From assembly GCA_965224195.1 (NCBI GenBank), contig OZ245040.1:1888001-1952000 (forward strand): 64,000 nt of DNA, written 5' to 3'. The notes under the pieces are model-generated. The model was not told the origin of the DNA, searched no databases, and saw only the letters and a program-made list of their open reading frames with translations. Numbering within the stretch: position 1 is the first letter of the stretch; each line of letters starts with the position of its first letter. This document shows positions 28,469 to 39,540 of this stretch, one piece after another. The translations under genes were made by a program, and so were the position numbers. This DNA is from Nitrosopumilus sp. (GTDB lineage Archaea > Thermoproteota > Nitrososphaeria > Nitrososphaerales > Nitrosopumilaceae).

Positions 28469-30562
28469 ATGCGACTTAGAAAATTCAGAGCTAGAGCATA
28501 TCGTTGCATACATGATTCTGGAGAAATAACAGTTGGAGATTTGGCAGCGTTTGTTGGAAGAAATGAGAGTGGAAAAACTACAATTCTTCAAGCCTTAACG
28601 TTGTTGAATAGAGATGAACAAGTTTCAGAATTAGATCTTTGTGATGAAATGAATGAAGAATTAAAAGAAGAAATGCGATTAGCAGAAGGAGAATTTGATT
28701 TAAACCAAAATGAAATAAGCATTATTAAAGAAAAATTTCCAGGACTGCCTGAAATTAAAAAAATTAAATTATTTAGAACAAATCAAAATCCAAGAGTTCA
28801 GTATGAGTTTGAAGATATTGAACTTAGTGATGATAGTAATAAAGGACTTAATTCATGGGAGAATTTCTCAAGACAAATATTTGGATTTTTAGATACTATT
28901 CCCAATCATCTAAGAATACAAGTAGATACAAAATTCTTCGAGGAACAAGTTCCCAAAAACCAAGAAACTTTTGATAGTGGAATGGCAGAATTTAGTAATC
29001 AATTTCATGTAATTGCCATACAAGAACCTAAAGTAATTGAAGAGTGGGAAAAAATCTATAAAAGTCCTGAAAACCAATTTTCTAATCTTCTAAGTGGTGA
29101 AAGTGAAAAATCTGCTTTGCAGAATTTTATTGCAGCAGAATTACATCCAAGATTTGTATATTTTTCAGATTATAAAAAAATCTATGGGAATATTAATCTC
29201 AATGAATATCTGAGAGAAGAAAGAGGAGAACGTCAAGATTCTATTGAATTTGTAGAAGAATTTGACAAGGCCGAAACCGTAAGAAATCTTTTCTATCTTG
29301 CAGAGTTAGATATTAAAGAATTAGATGAAGTAAAAGAAAGTCCATCAAAATACATCAAGCTTCTCAATGCAGCAAGTAACAGATTAACTAAAAAATTAAA
29401 TCCAGCATGGAAAGGTGATCCTATACATGTTGATTTAAGATATAATCCTGGAAATATTATGAGTGTAGTTATTTCTGATGTTCATAAAGATGGAACAATT
29501 ACAAATACAGGATTGTTAAACAGAAGGGCAGAAGGTTTCAAATGGACATTCTCATTCATTGTAAACTTTGCAGCTGAAACACAAAGAGCAGAATTAAAAG
29601 AAGCAATACTACTTTTAGATGAGCCTGCAAGAAATCTTCACCCAACACAGCAGATGGGAATTTCAGATTTGTTAAAAAATTTAGCAGGTTCAAACCAAGT
29701 ACTGTATGCAACACATTCACCATTTATGATATTTGATTATACACCTGGTAACTTACTCGTAGTTGAATTAGATAAGAGAAAACACCTTAGTAGAATATTT
29801 TATGATTATTGGAATGCTGATGATAAAACACTAACACCAATTTTGTATGGACTTTGTAGAGGGCAAGTTGAATCGATAGTAGACAGGGAAATAGGAACAA
29901 ACTCCAGACCAATAATTATCGTAGAGACAATGTCAGATTCCATGTATCTTAATGCATTTGATAAATTTTTGCAAGATCCAAATATTTCAATGAATCCTCT
30001 CAATGTAATTGCGGCATATAACAAAAATTCAGTTTTACCATTAGCGATATTTTACAGAAATCACGGGTATAGGACATTTGTTTTACTAGATAATTCTGAA
30101 GAATCTAAGCAAATCGCAGCCCAATTAGTTTCAAATGAATTTTCATCAATACAGACTATCTTTTTTGAACGAGAAGGGAAAAAATTAGAATCAATAGAAG
30201 ACTATATTGCACTAGAAGATTATCTGTATCCAGTAAATCAAACGTATGAAATCAAGCTCAGACAAGAAGGCTTTTTAAACCTTACACCTCAAGATGTAAT
30301 ATCTAAAGAAGGTAAAGGTATTTTAGAAAAATTAAGAAAAATATGGCAAGAACACAATGAGGATGATTGGGAAGAATTCAACAATGAAGAAATTACTAGA
30401 TATATTTGTGAGAAAATTACCTTAGATGAGACAGATTTCCTATCAGATAAAACAAAAGATCAGTTTAGATCATTATACAGACTAATTGCTGAACGGATCA
30501 GACAATATCAAAATGCAGTTACAAAATCAGACTTGAATAAATTCCAGAAGGCCAAGGCTTAA
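28469..30562 (+). CDS. OLD-family-like ABC ATPase with TOPRIM domain
   Basis: GRNESGKT, LLLDEP..LHP, ATHSPF, IIVET..D, VLLDN. Confidence 0.85.
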   Translation: MRLRKFRARAYRCIHDSGEITVGDLAAFVGRNESGKTTILQALTLLNRDEQVSELDLCDEMNEELKEEMRLAEGEFDLNQNEISIIKEKFPGLPEIKKIKLFRTNQNPRVQYEFEDIELSDDSNKGLNSWENFSRQIFGFLDTIPNHLRIQVDTKFFEEQVPKNQETFDSGMAEFSNQFHVIAIQEPKVIEEWEKIYKSPENQFSNLLSGESEKSALQNFIAAELHPRFVYFSDYKKIYGNINLNEYLREERGERQDSIEFVEEFDKAETVRNLFYLAELDIKELDEVKESPSKYIKLLNAASNRLTKKLNPAWKGDPIHVDLRYNPGNIMSVVISDVHKDGTITNTGLLNRRAEGFKWTFSFIVNFAAETQRAELKEAILLLDEPARNLHPTQQMGISDLLKNLAGSNQVLYATHSPFMIFDYTPGNLLVVELDKRKHLSRIFYDYWNADDKTLTPILYGLCRGQVESIVDREIGTNSRPIIIVETMSDSMYLNAFDKFLQDPNISMNPLNVIAAYNKNSVLPLAIFYRNHGYRTFVLLDNSEESKQIAAQLVSNEFSSIQTIFFEREGKKLESIEDYIALEDYLYPVNQTYEIKLRQEGFLNLTPQDVISKEGKGILEKLRKIWQEHNEDDWEEFNNEEITRYICEKITLDETDFLSDKTKDQFRSLYRLIAERIRQYQNAVTKSDLNKFQKAKA

Positions 30563-30645
30563 GATTTAAGAAGTTTACTCATGAAAAACACTAAACTAAG
30601 AAATAGAAAAGTAGGAAAAATTCTTTAAGGTTTAAGTGAGAGATA

Positions 30646-32802
30646 ATGAGTTTGAAGTACATGAACAGATCCTCGACTAGAGGAATTTTCCTTTCAGTTG
30701 CATTGTTATTTTCATTTGTACTAATTATATTTCCATCAAATGTTTATGGTGAGGAAATTTCAGTTACAAGTTTTGCATTAGAAGAAACATCTCTATTAGA
30801 ACTAACAAATGATTCAACAAAAGATGTCAACACACTAAGAATTTGGCTAGGGAACGATTTTAATTTTAAATCCTTCAAAACTGAAAAAGGATGGGTTGGA
30901 GAAAAGAATTCCCAAGGAGTTATTATTTTCACATCATCTCAATCCATCAAACCAGGAGAATCTGTAAAATTTGGAGTGAAAACGGACAAAGTAAATTCAG
31001 GAATTAATTGGAAAGTATTAGACAGTAAGGACACACAAGTTGGCACTGGAATGTCAATTGCAAAAGAGATTCCACTAACAATTAAAAATCCAGACAGTGA
31101 TCGAAGTTTAAAAAAGACGGGAAAAAGTATGACTATAGAATCCATATTTAGAATAGTTCCAGAAAAACCAAATGTTGGTTCTACAATCAGAGTAACAGGA
31201 GATAATTTTGGTTCGTTACAAGAATTTGATTTTTACATAGATACTAAAAAAATAGGTACTTTTGAGACAGATAATGACGGATACTTTATCACTACGATGA
31301 AAATTCCAGATAATCAAAAAGCTGATAGAGTAGAATTTATCGTAAAGGACAAAAAAGGAGAAGAACGAAAGATTAGCCTTAGAATAGGAGAGAATGACGA
31401 TAGAATTGCAGATTCAATAAATATTCCTCTTACAATTAAAGGAATTCCAAACATAGTCCATAGAGGAGACTTTTTAGAAATTTTTGGGACAGGACAACCA
31501 AATAGTGCAATAACAGCTGAGATAAAAACACCTGATGATGAAGTAATCAATTCCAGAACAGCAGAAATAGATAGTAAGGGAGATTGGAAATTAGATGAAC
31601 CAGTAATCATACCACTAGATACACCATTTGGAAAATATAGTGCAACAATTACAGATGGACGAGACAACAAATTAGTCTCTTGGACGATTGAGTCTGATAA
31701 AAAAATCATCTTAATTCCAACATCATTAAAGTTTGAAAAAGGCGAAATTATGAAATTTAATGGTACTGCATTACCAAATATTCCAATTGAAGTAACATTA
31801 GAAGACCCATTAGGAAAAGAAATTGTTTCAGATATAATACAAGTGGACGGATCAGGAAATGTAGAATTTGAATTTATAACTACACAAAATACAGTTGAAG
31901 GAACATATACACTAATTGCCACTCAGAATAAGGATAAAGAGTTTATTTATGCTGGTATTGGACAGTTACCATCAATTCCAGTCAACTTAGAATTTGACAA
32001 ATTAAATTATAAAGTAGACGATACTGCAATAATTACACTATCAGGAAAAGCATCTGAAATTATTAGTTTATTAATAATTGATCCTTCAGATAAACCAAAA
32101 GGAGATGCAATATCCATTACATTACAACCAGACGGACGTGGAACACATTCCATAGAACTTGATGGATATGCATCTGGCGTTTATACCGCAGTTATTAGCA
32201 AAGGTAGTGCTCAAAATACAGAGATTTTCACAGTTGGACTACAAATAGGCTCTGGAGAAATTAATGTGAATACCACAAAAGAAAGCTACAATCCAGGAGA
32301 TTCAATATTAATTTTGGGAGATACCGGAGAAAATGTTCTTCTTACATTAACTCTGATCAATCCAAATGGTGATGAAATTAAAGTTAAAGAGACATTTTCA
32401 GATAAAAGTGGGAAAATTTCTGAGAGTTCATTCAGGATTCCTTCAGATGGGATTACGGGATCTTGGACAATTAATGTAAAAAGTGGGGCAAATTTTGATA
32501 ATGCTGAACTTGAAGTACTTGCAACAACATTAGAAGGAATGATAATATCAGTAGAAGATGGTGCAGAGGTTCCAGGATTTGGAAAAACAATAAGCATTAA
32601 GGTGTTTGGAGCCAAACAAACCACTACCATAGAAATTGTTAATGCAGATGGAGAAACCATAGAAGAACTATCATTCCCAGCATCAAACCAAGGAGAAATA
32701 AATCAACCATGGGTTATTCCTAAAGATACTGAACCTGGAACATATACTATCAAAGCATCAGATGCATTCAACAATGCAACTGCAACTTATGAGATTCAAT
32801 AG
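30646..32802 (+). CDS. large secreted Ig-repeat cell-surface protein
   Basis: Signal peptide; repeated DP.G / G.Y beta-sandwich units. Confidence 0.8.
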   Translation: MSLKYMNRSSTRGIFLSVALLFSFVLIIFPSNVYGEEISVTSFALEETSLLELTNDSTKDVNTLRIWLGNDFNFKSFKTEKGWVGEKNSQGVIIFTSSQSIKPGESVKFGVKTDKVNSGINWKVLDSKDTQVGTGMSIAKEIPLTIKNPDSDRSLKKTGKSMTIESIFRIVPEKPNVGSTIRVTGDNFGSLQEFDFYIDTKKIGTFETDNDGYFITTMKIPDNQKADRVEFIVKDKKGEERKISLRIGENDDRIADSINIPLTIKGIPNIVHRGDFLEIFGTGQPNSAITAEIKTPDDEVINSRTAEIDSKGDWKLDEPVIIPLDTPFGKYSATITDGRDNKLVSWTIESDKKIILIPTSLKFEKGEIMKFNGTALPNIPIEVTLEDPLGKEIVSDIIQVDGSGNVEFEFITTQNTVEGTYTLIATQNKDKEFIYAGIGQLPSIPVNLEFDKLNYKVDDTAIITLSGKASEIISLLIIDPSDKPKGDAISITLQPDGRGTHSIELDGYASGVYTAVISKGSAQNTEIFTVGLQIGSGEINVNTTKESYNPGDSILILGDTGENVLLTLTLINPNGDEIKVKETFSDKSGKISESSFRIPSDGITGSWTINVKSGANFDNAELEVLATTLEGMIISVEDGAEVPGFGKTISIKVFGAKQTTTIEIVNADGETIEELSFPASNQGEINQPWVIPKDTEPGTYTIKASDAFNNATATYEIQ

Positions 32803-32840
32803 AATCAAACAATTTTATTTCACCTAATTTTCATCAAATT

Positions 32841-33353
32841 ATGAATCTTAAAGATAAAATAGTAGATTATCCAAATTTTCCAAAAAAAGGAATTCTATTT
32901 AGAGACTTTAGTCCAGTTTTGAAAAATCCATCAGCATTATCTTATATTGCTGATGAATTTGCAAAAATATTCCATCCAAAAGATATCGATGTTTTTGCAG
33001 GAATTGAATCAAGAGGATTCATTTTAGCATCAATTCTAGCCTCAAGATACAACAAAGGCATGGTAATGATTAGAAAAGCTGGAAAACTTCCTGGAAAAAC
33101 TACAAAATTAGCATATACGATTGAATATGGAAAAGATACCATAGAAATTCAAAAAGACATCATCAAAGAGGGAGAAAAAATACTCATTTGTGATGATTTA
33201 CTTGCAACAGGTGGAACAGCAAAAGCATCTGCAAAATTAATTGAAAAAGTGGGAGGAAAAATTGTAGGATTTGCATTCATCATTGAGCTAGTTGATCTTA
33301 ATGGAATCAAAGGAATTAACAAATACAATTGTAAATCATTGGTGAAATATTGA
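32841..33353 (+). CDS. apt: adenine phosphoribosyltransferase
   Basis: [24 protein letters not shown]. Confidence 0.96.
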   Translation: MNLKDKIVDYPNFPKKGILFRDFSPVLKNPSALSYIADEFAKIFHPKDIDVFAGIESRGFILASILASRYNKGMVMIRKAGKLPGKTTKLAYTIEYGKDTIEIQKDIIKEGEKILICDDLLATGGTAKASAKLIEKVGGKIVGFAFIIELVDLNGIKGINKYNCKSLVKY

Positions 33354-34144
33354 TGGAAAAAGATGTAGAAATTGGAATTTTCGGTGGAACCGGAATTTAT
33401 GATTCAGGGCTACTTGAGAACGCCCAAGAAATAGATATTGATACACCTTACGGAAAACCTTCAGATACAATTACTGTAGGAACTTTCAAAGGAAGGAAAA
33501 TTGCATTTCTTCCAAGACATGGAAAAAAACATACCATTCCACCACATAAAATTAATTTTAAAGCAAATATTTGGGCATTCAAAGAACTAAGAGTTACAAG
33601 AATTATTGCACCATCTGCAGTTGGAAGCCTAAAAGAAGAATTAGCGCCAGGTCACTTTGCATTACCGACTCAGTTCATAGACTTTACAAAATCTAGAGAT
33701 GGTTCATTTTCAGAAGAAGGCAGAGTGATTCACATATCAGTAGCTGATCCTTTTTGTCCAGAACTACAATCATCAATTCTTCAAGTAACAGATAATCAAG
33801 GCTTGGAGATGCATAAAGATTGTACTTATGTCTGTATAGAAGGACCACGATTCTCAACTAAAGCTGAATCAAAATTCTATAGAACAACAGGTGCAGATAT
33901 TATTGGAATGACTCTTGTTCCAGAATGTCAACTAGCAAGAGAGGCACAGATGTGCTATGCTTCAATTTCAACAGTTACAGATTATGATGTTTGGGCTGAT
34001 AAACCAGTCACAGCTAAAGAAGTTATTGAAACACTAACAAAAAATGTAGAAAAAACAAAGAAAATTCTAACAGAGTTAATTGATAAAATTCCTAAAACAA
34101 GAAGCTGTTCTTGTGAAAAAGCATTAGCAGAAGCTGAATTCTAA
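33350..34144 (+). CDS. mtnP: S-methyl-5'-thioadenosine phosphorylase
   Basis: [27 protein letters not shown]. Confidence 0.95.
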   Translation: MMEKDVEIGIFGGTGIYDSGLLENAQEIDIDTPYGKPSDTITVGTFKGRKIAFLPRHGKKHTIPPHKINFKANIWAFKELRVTRIIAPSAVGSLKEELAPGHFALPTQFIDFTKSRDGSFSEEGRVIHISVADPFCPELQSSILQVTDNQGLEMHKDCTYVCIEGPRFSTKAESKFYRTTGADIIGMTLVPECQLAREAQMCYASISTVTDYDVWADKPVTAKEVIETLTKNVEKTKKILTELIDKIPKTRSCSCEKALAEAEF

Positions 34145-34425
34145 TCATCAACAAAGGACTCTTTTGTGAGTCCTTCAGGAAGAGTCAAATCACCTTGAAG
34201 TAGATTTCTTTGAAGTAAATCTATTACTTCATCAACATTATAGCCTAATTTTTCCAATTCTTTCTCAGTAATTTGAGAAAGTTTAGCACCAATGTTTTGT
34301 CCACCTATTCTACCAAAGGCAATAGCTGTAAAACGAAATTCATTTTCCTCTATCGTAAATTTACCTGTAATCTTTGCAGCCATTTGGCTTCCATGAATAT
34401 TATTAATGTGAACTTTAAGATCCAT
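34141..34425 (-). CDS. hypothetical protein
   Basis: 94-aa ORF in a tightly packed run. Confidence 0.75.
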   Translation of the reverse strand: MDLKVHINNIHGSQMAAKITGKFTIEENEFRFTAIAFGRIGGQNIGAKLSQITEKELEKLGYNVDEVIDLLQRNLLQGDLTLPEGLTKESFVDD

Positions 34426-34433
34426 TTCAAAAA

Positions 34434-34832
34434 TTAAATTTCTACAGCTTTGTTAACATTGTCATCAATTAGAAAACTCCAATGTTTTTCATCTTCTACC
34501 TTGAAATCATTAATTTTAAGAGGAATTATTTTTTCATCAAGACATTCATGTTTTATTTCCCCAGTTTCTTTTAATTTTACTAATTTCCATTTGTATCTGC
34601 CTTGTTGTAATTTACATACAGTTACTCCCCATTTTGCATCAGCATCAATTTTTGGCATCCCTACTGTTTCAGCAATTTCTTCAATTCCAAGTTGTTTTTC
34701 TTCACAGAATTTTTTCTTACAAACTCCACATCTCCAAACATCAACAGAACCAATAGTTCTTTCATCAATATTGATGTTTATCACACCAAAATAGATTGGT
34801 TGATGTTTACAAGTCTCAGTATCAATACTCAA
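34434..34832 (-). CDS. hypothetical Cys-containing protein
   Basis: CKH..WRCGVCKK. Confidence 0.75.
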   Translation of the reverse strand: MSIDTETCKHQPIYFGVININIDERTIGSVDVWRCGVCKKKFCEEKQLGIEEIAETVGMPKIDADAKWGVTVCKLQQGRYKWKLVKLKETGEIKHECLDEKIIPLKINDFKVEDEKHWSFLIDDNVNKAVEI

Positions 34833-34854
34833 TGTTGTTCACCAAGTTTTGGTA

Positions 34855-35208
34855 TTATTTAGTTCTTGCATCATCATAGGGTTTTTCTAAAATTACCCCA
34901 ATATTATCAACAATTTTGTTTCGTTTAAATTCAATATTTTCTCTCTCACACATTTTTCTGTACATGTTTACTGCAGTAAATCTAGGATGCATAGCCTCAA
35001 ATTCTGTAGGAGTGATATCAATAAAAGCACCAATGTTCATTAGATCTTTTGATGCTTTTTTTGCATCATCAATAGAAATTTTTAGTTTTTCAGCAATTAA
35101 CTCAGATGGCATTTTCCCTGAGCAAGTAATCAACAAAAATACTCGTGCCTGAATAGAATCTAAATGGATTTCAGATATTAAATCATGTTCAATTCCAGAA
35201 TATGACAT
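34855..35208 (-). CDS. TrmB-like wHTH protein
   Basis: ARVFLLI..G..SELIAEKLKIS. Confidence 0.65.
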   Translation of the reverse strand: MSYSGIEHDLISEIHLDSIQARVFLLITCSGKMPSELIAEKLKISIDDAKKASKDLMNIGAFIDITPTEFEAMHPRFTAVNMYRKMCERENIEFKRNKIVDNIGVILEKPYDDARTK

Positions 35209-35252
35209 TATTTCTAAAAGAAATTGTTAAGACATAAAACATGATCTATGAA

Positions 35253-35486
35253 TTATTTTTTAATTAGAATTTTTTTAGAAATTTTCAAAGAAAATCCCAT
35301 TGCAATAAAATGAATAATTGCACCCAATATTGCAGCATATAGCATATTATCTAAAATTTTCCAAGTAATAACAAAAGACATGATTGATGGAACTGTAATA
35401 ATGACTGCAATTATAGTTCCCCTTAATGCAATTTCACGAATTGTAAGTTTATATTCCGTACTATCAGACAACAAGGAAAATTTCAA
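35253..35486 (-). CDS. small membrane protein
   Basis: Two TM segments. Confidence 0.6.
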   Translation of the reverse strand: MKFSLLSDSTEYKLTIREIALRGTIIAVIITVPSIMSFVITWKILDNMLYAAILGAIIHFIAMGFSLKISKKILIKK

Positions 35487-35488
35487 AA

Positions 35489-36001
35489 ATGGTAATAAAA
35501 ACCAAAGATACTTTATATTTGGAAGACATTAATTTTTACTGTTTGTCGAGTTATAAAGGAGCATATTCAAATGATCAATCACTAAATTTTGTAATTCCCA
35601 TCATTGTTATTTTATTTTTAGGAATTATTTACATTATGACACAAAGAGCAGATTCAGGATTTGTTAGTTTTATTCTAATTGGCGCAGCAGCAATTACAAT
35701 GTTTTATTGGGTTAAGGTTTTAAAGAAAATGGCTAAAGATCAAAAACCTACATACACACAAGCTAGAGAACAAGAAACAAAGAACTGGGTGTATGATTTG
35801 ATTAAAGGTGATGGAGAATTTGTTTTTGTCGCAGAAGTTCCAGGGCCTGAAGATAAAATTGCAGTTAGATTAGTAGATGGTATTCTATACATTCGTGGAA
35901 CATCAGGATTTTCAAAAGAAGTTCCAATAGAAGGAGTAAATGAAATGCAAATATTTGATTTCAAATATAGAAATGGTGTATTGACACTGCGAATTAAATA
36001 A
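35489..36001 (+). CDS. membrane-anchored Hsp20/alpha-crystallin protein (likely start TTG 35543)
   Basis: Two TMs; VAEVPG...YRNGVLTLRI. Confidence 0.85.
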   Translation: MVIKTKDTLYLEDINFYCLSSYKGAYSNDQSLNFVIPIIVILFLGIIYIMTQRADSGFVSFILIGAAAITMFYWVKVLKKMAKDQKPTYTQAREQETKNWVYDLIKGDGEFVFVAEVPGPEDKIAVRLVDGILYIRGTSGFSKEVPIEGVNEMQIFDFKYRNGVLTLRIK

Positions 36002-37129
36002 TTAAAGACTTTTTGCTAATTCTAATTTTTGTGGTAGATATTTGTCAGTAATATTTGTTAGACCATATTTTGAGAAAGCCTCTAACTCAGCCTTTCTTTT
36101 CAATTTTAGAAACACATCAAGTTCTTTTTTCCAAATACCATCTTGATATCTAGGATCCTTTTGTAAATCATAGCATCTCTTAATATCAGATTCAGTCATT
36201 GGAATTGTTGGTAACTTGTATTTTTCAATATCAGTAGCCCATACTCCAACCCATTTTGCATTTGGAACTGTTAGTTCTCTAAGATGAGCAGCATTTGCTG
36301 AACCAGATTTAATTACCATTGCAATATGTTCTCCATACACATCTCCATCAGTTAAAACAATTACAGGCAATTTCATTTCTTCATGTAGTCTTTTCAATAA
36401 AGTTCGAGTTGAACGAGGTGCTTGTCCACCGGTATTGATGATAATAGATTTAAATTTTTTATCAACTTGTTCCTCAACAAATCTAGTAAAGAGACCACCT
36501 TTTTCAATTGCAATAACAATTTCAGCACTAGTATCCACCAATTCAGCAGTGGTTAGACTAGGACCAATGGAATATCCATCAGGATGATTTGATAAATTCA
36601 TAGTTTTTCCCTCATATCCAGGAATAGTATATTCGATTGTCAAATCTCCAAAAATAGAGCTTCTCTCTTCAGGGAATATGTGGAAATCTTCTCTAGGCTT
36701 AGAGGTTACAGCCTCCAAATCTACAATGATATTATCAGATTCAGATTGATCTTCAAATTCAATTGCAAAAGCTTGTGATGAATAATAAACATCTCTTAAC
36801 GTAGATGACTTTTTTTCATGAGTTAGTCTGTTTGCAAAAAATGCCAACCACATTAGTTGTGTGAAAGATCTCAACTGTGCAGAGTTTCTGGAACTTCTAA
36901 CTGCAGTATTAGTCCCAAGAATATACTGTCTAAGTTTTTTATCATAAACAATGTTACTTACTGATCTACTTGGAATAGAAAATTTTGGAAATTGTCCGTT
37001 TTCCAAGTCATCGTATATTTTTGCACCATGACTCTTAAGCATCTCAAGAATATTCTTTTGTTTTTCATCAGCTTTTTTGCTTCGTTCTTTAATCTTAGTT
37101 TGTTCTTTTTTACTTGTTGCCAATTTCAT
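36002..37129 (-). CDS. top6A: DNA topoisomerase VI subunit A
   Basis: STLRDVYY, IEKGG, LTDGDVYG, KAELEA. Confidence 0.96.
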   Translation of the reverse strand: MKLATSKKEQTKIKERSKKADEKQKNILEMLKSHGAKIYDDLENGQFPKFSIPSRSVSNIVYDKKLRQYILGTNTAVRSSRNSAQLRSFTQLMWLAFFANRLTHEKKSSTLRDVYYSSQAFAIEFEDQSESDNIIVDLEAVTSKPREDFHIFPEERSSIFGDLTIEYTIPGYEGKTMNLSNHPDGYSIGPSLTTAELVDTSAEIVIAIEKGGLFTRFVEEQVDKKFKSIIINTGGQAPRSTRTLLKRLHEEMKLPVIVLTDGDVYGEHIAMVIKSGSANAAHLRELTVPNAKWVGVWATDIEKYKLPTIPMTESDIKRCYDLQKDPRYQDGIWKKELDVFLKLKRKAELEAFSKYGLTNITDKYLPQKLELAKSL

Positions 37130-38981
37130 TTTCCCCCTCTACTGATTGTTTAGATTCAACTGCATTTTCTTCTAATAGTTTCTTGTAATTAGGTTCTTTC
37201 TTATTTCCAGCAAGCTCTGTACAAAATTCTGCAATTTGTGGTAAATATTTTGCATAAAGATTTGCTCTCTTTTTTGCCATATCAGCTTGACCTCTTTTCG
37301 ACATGTATGCTGCCAATTTTCTTGACAATAATTGTAATCCAAGTCTTAATTCTCGTTCAATTTCAGATCTATCGGCAACATTTTCCTTTCCTGCAGTTTT
37401 GTATGGAATTCTTGTTGAACAAATATGAGATACGATGATGAATGGGGGTTCTCCTTTTACTTTGTATCGTCCCCAATCAGTATCATTTACAACTTTTAGC
37501 ACAACATCACTTCCTTCATCATAAAGTAATGGAATTCTATTGGCATATCGATAAACATGTGGTCCGCCTGATTTTATATCCCCACCATAAGCAATACCCA
37601 TCTCAATAATGAATGGGAATCCTGAATATGCAGATGCTGAGCGTTGAACGACCGCAGTGAAATCAGGATTGAAGAATTTTTTAATTCCTTTTTCCAAAGG
37701 GGCTTCTCCTAATGGTGCTAAACAACTAGAATCAGGTACCATGAAATCTTCAAATTTTTGAAGTGCGTCACTCAAATTGACTAATTCTTGATTCGATAAA
37801 GTTCCCATTCTTTTTTCAGGTTTGAATCCTGCAAATTCTGCAAATTTTACAGCAGTAGTAGGTCCAATTCTTTGAAATCTTTTTGTAAGAAATGTTGTGA
37901 GCGGTTCTCCTTGTACAGTATTAGTTAGCTGTTTGTAATACTGACTTTCAGGATCCATATCTACTGATTTTGATTGTGAATCACCAAAATCCCAGTAAAA
38001 CAATTTTTTATTTGGCATATCTATATCTTCAATTCTAATTTTGTTTAATTTTTCAAAATCCATTTTTAAAAATGACATCAAAGCTATTACAACTCTAACT
38101 TGGCGTGGAAGTGTTTTCCATTTTTTCTTTGCTTTGTCCATAATTGCAGTGAAACTAAGATTTTTTACAGACAGGCCTAGATCTTTTCTAACTTTTTCAA
38201 TCATTGCATCATCAATAGTAGGGATTTCAAATTGAGATTCTACAATCATTCTTCTAATTCTTTCAACATCGATTCCATGTGGATGAGGTCGAATAATAGT
38301 TGGAGGTGGAGGGATTTCTTTTACAAATCTTGGATGACTGAATTTTTGTTCCTTTGGATCATCAAAAGTAATTGAAGCATAAGGAGTGATTAAAGATGTT
38401 TCATAAACATAATCTCTAATTTTAGTTCCTGCTTTTGAATAATCTCCCTCTAAACAAATACTTACACTAAGTCCTTTTTTTGAAACTTCTTTAGTTGTAT
38501 GTTTTACAATTACAGGTTTATTTTTTTGAATATCAAGTAATAATTCAAATGAATCTTGAGTAGCACCATCTACAGAGCTTTTTACAATTACCGGCTTGTT
38601 AGTAGTAATTTGCCCATAAAGAATTGCCATAGTTGCACCTAAACCAAACATCCCTCTTGCTTGTTTAAGTCCAAATTTAGAACCATAAAGTACAGTTCCA
38701 AAAGCCAATGGAATGTACTCAGCATCTATTCCAGGGCCATTATCCTTTACAATTAATATGTATGGCTTAGGATCTGGCTTGTCAGGATCAACAGCCTTGA
38801 TTGTCAAATGTACATCTGGAAGAATCCCTTTTTGATCACACGCATCTAAAGCATTTTCAACAAACTCTCGTACTGCAGTGTAAAGAGATCTTGTAGGATT
38901 ACTGAAGCCAGCTAAATCACGATTACTGTAAAAGAATTCACTTGGTGAAATTTGGTTAAATTTTTCTTTAATAGAAGACAT
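37110..38981 (-). CDS. top6B: DNA topoisomerase VI subunit B
   Basis: EFVENALDA, DNGPGI, RGMFGLG, RYANRIPLLY. Confidence 0.97.
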   Translation of the reverse strand: MSSIKEKFNQISPSEFFYSNRDLAGFSNPTRSLYTAVREFVENALDACDQKGILPDVHLTIKAVDPDKPDPKPYILIVKDNGPGIDAEYIPLAFGTVLYGSKFGLKQARGMFGLGATMAILYGQITTNKPVIVKSSVDGATQDSFELLLDIQKNKPVIVKHTTKEVSKKGLSVSICLEGDYSKAGTKIRDYVYETSLITPYASITFDDPKEQKFSHPRFVKEIPPPPTIIRPHPHGIDVERIRRMIVESQFEIPTIDDAMIEKVRKDLGLSVKNLSFTAIMDKAKKKWKTLPRQVRVVIALMSFLKMDFEKLNKIRIEDIDMPNKKLFYWDFGDSQSKSVDMDPESQYYKQLTNTVQGEPLTTFLTKRFQRIGPTTAVKFAEFAGFKPEKRMGTLSNQELVNLSDALQKFEDFMVPDSSCLAPLGEAPLEKGIKKFFNPDFTAVVQRSASAYSGFPFIIEMGIAYGGDIKSGGPHVYRYANRIPLLYDEGSDVVLKVVNDTDWGRYKVKGEPPFIIVSHICSTRIPYKTAGKENVADRSEIERELRLGLQLLSRKLAAYMSKRGQADMAKKRANLYAKYLPQIAEFCTELAGNKKEPNYKKLLEENAVESKQSVEGENEIGNK

Positions 38982-39540
38982 CTTGATCTTCCCATAATTT
39001 CATTCGTTCTTGTTTTGCTGTTCTGTTTGCAGCTTCCAGTTTTGTGTAAACTGCACCATGCATACTTCCACTTGAAATTGAAGATATAGCATCAACTGCT
39101 AAACGTAATTTACTTGAATCACCAATTATTGAAACAGTTCTCCCATAAACTGAGATATGAGTACCACTAAGATTTTCCATATTTCGTCTTGCTCTACCAC
39201 CCTCTCCAATAATCCTCCCTTTTATCCTTTCAACATTAGCATTAGATTTTCCTGCAAATTCTCTAAGATCTATTACATGTAATGCATTTTCACCTTTTAG
39301 TAAAGTCATTGCATTTTCAGGAGAAAATCCTCTTCCAATTGCTGTAACTATCTCCATAGCTTTGAATGGTTGTATTTTCTCAACATCCCCTTGAGTTCGG
39401 ATAAAAACTTCTCCAGTGTCACCATCAATCTCTAAAGAAACATGGCAAGCTTCTTCAATTTTGGATTTCACATTTCCAGATTTACCGATTAAAACCCCAA
39501 CTCGATCACTTGGAATACGAATTAATTTTTCAAAACTCAT
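38968..39540 (-). CDS. KH-domain RNA-processing protein (Dim2/Pno1-like)
   Basis: GVLIGKSG, AIGRGFSPE, KGRIIGEGG. Confidence 0.92.
   Translation of the reverse strand: MSFEKLIRIPSDRVGVLIGKSGNVKSKIEEACHVSLEIDGDTGEVFIRTQGDVEKIQPFKAMEIVTAIGRGFSPENAMTLLKGENALHVIDLREFAGKSNANVERIKGRIIGEGGRARRNMENLSGTHISVYGRTVSIIGDSSKLRLAVDAISSISSGSMHGAVYTKLEAANRTAKQERMKLWEDQDVFY

Noticed and set aside
28469-30562. OLD-like ATPase (and AIPR at 61784) as a novel defence island
   Set aside because: Both are solitary genes among housekeeping genes, with no partner genes or mobility signs.
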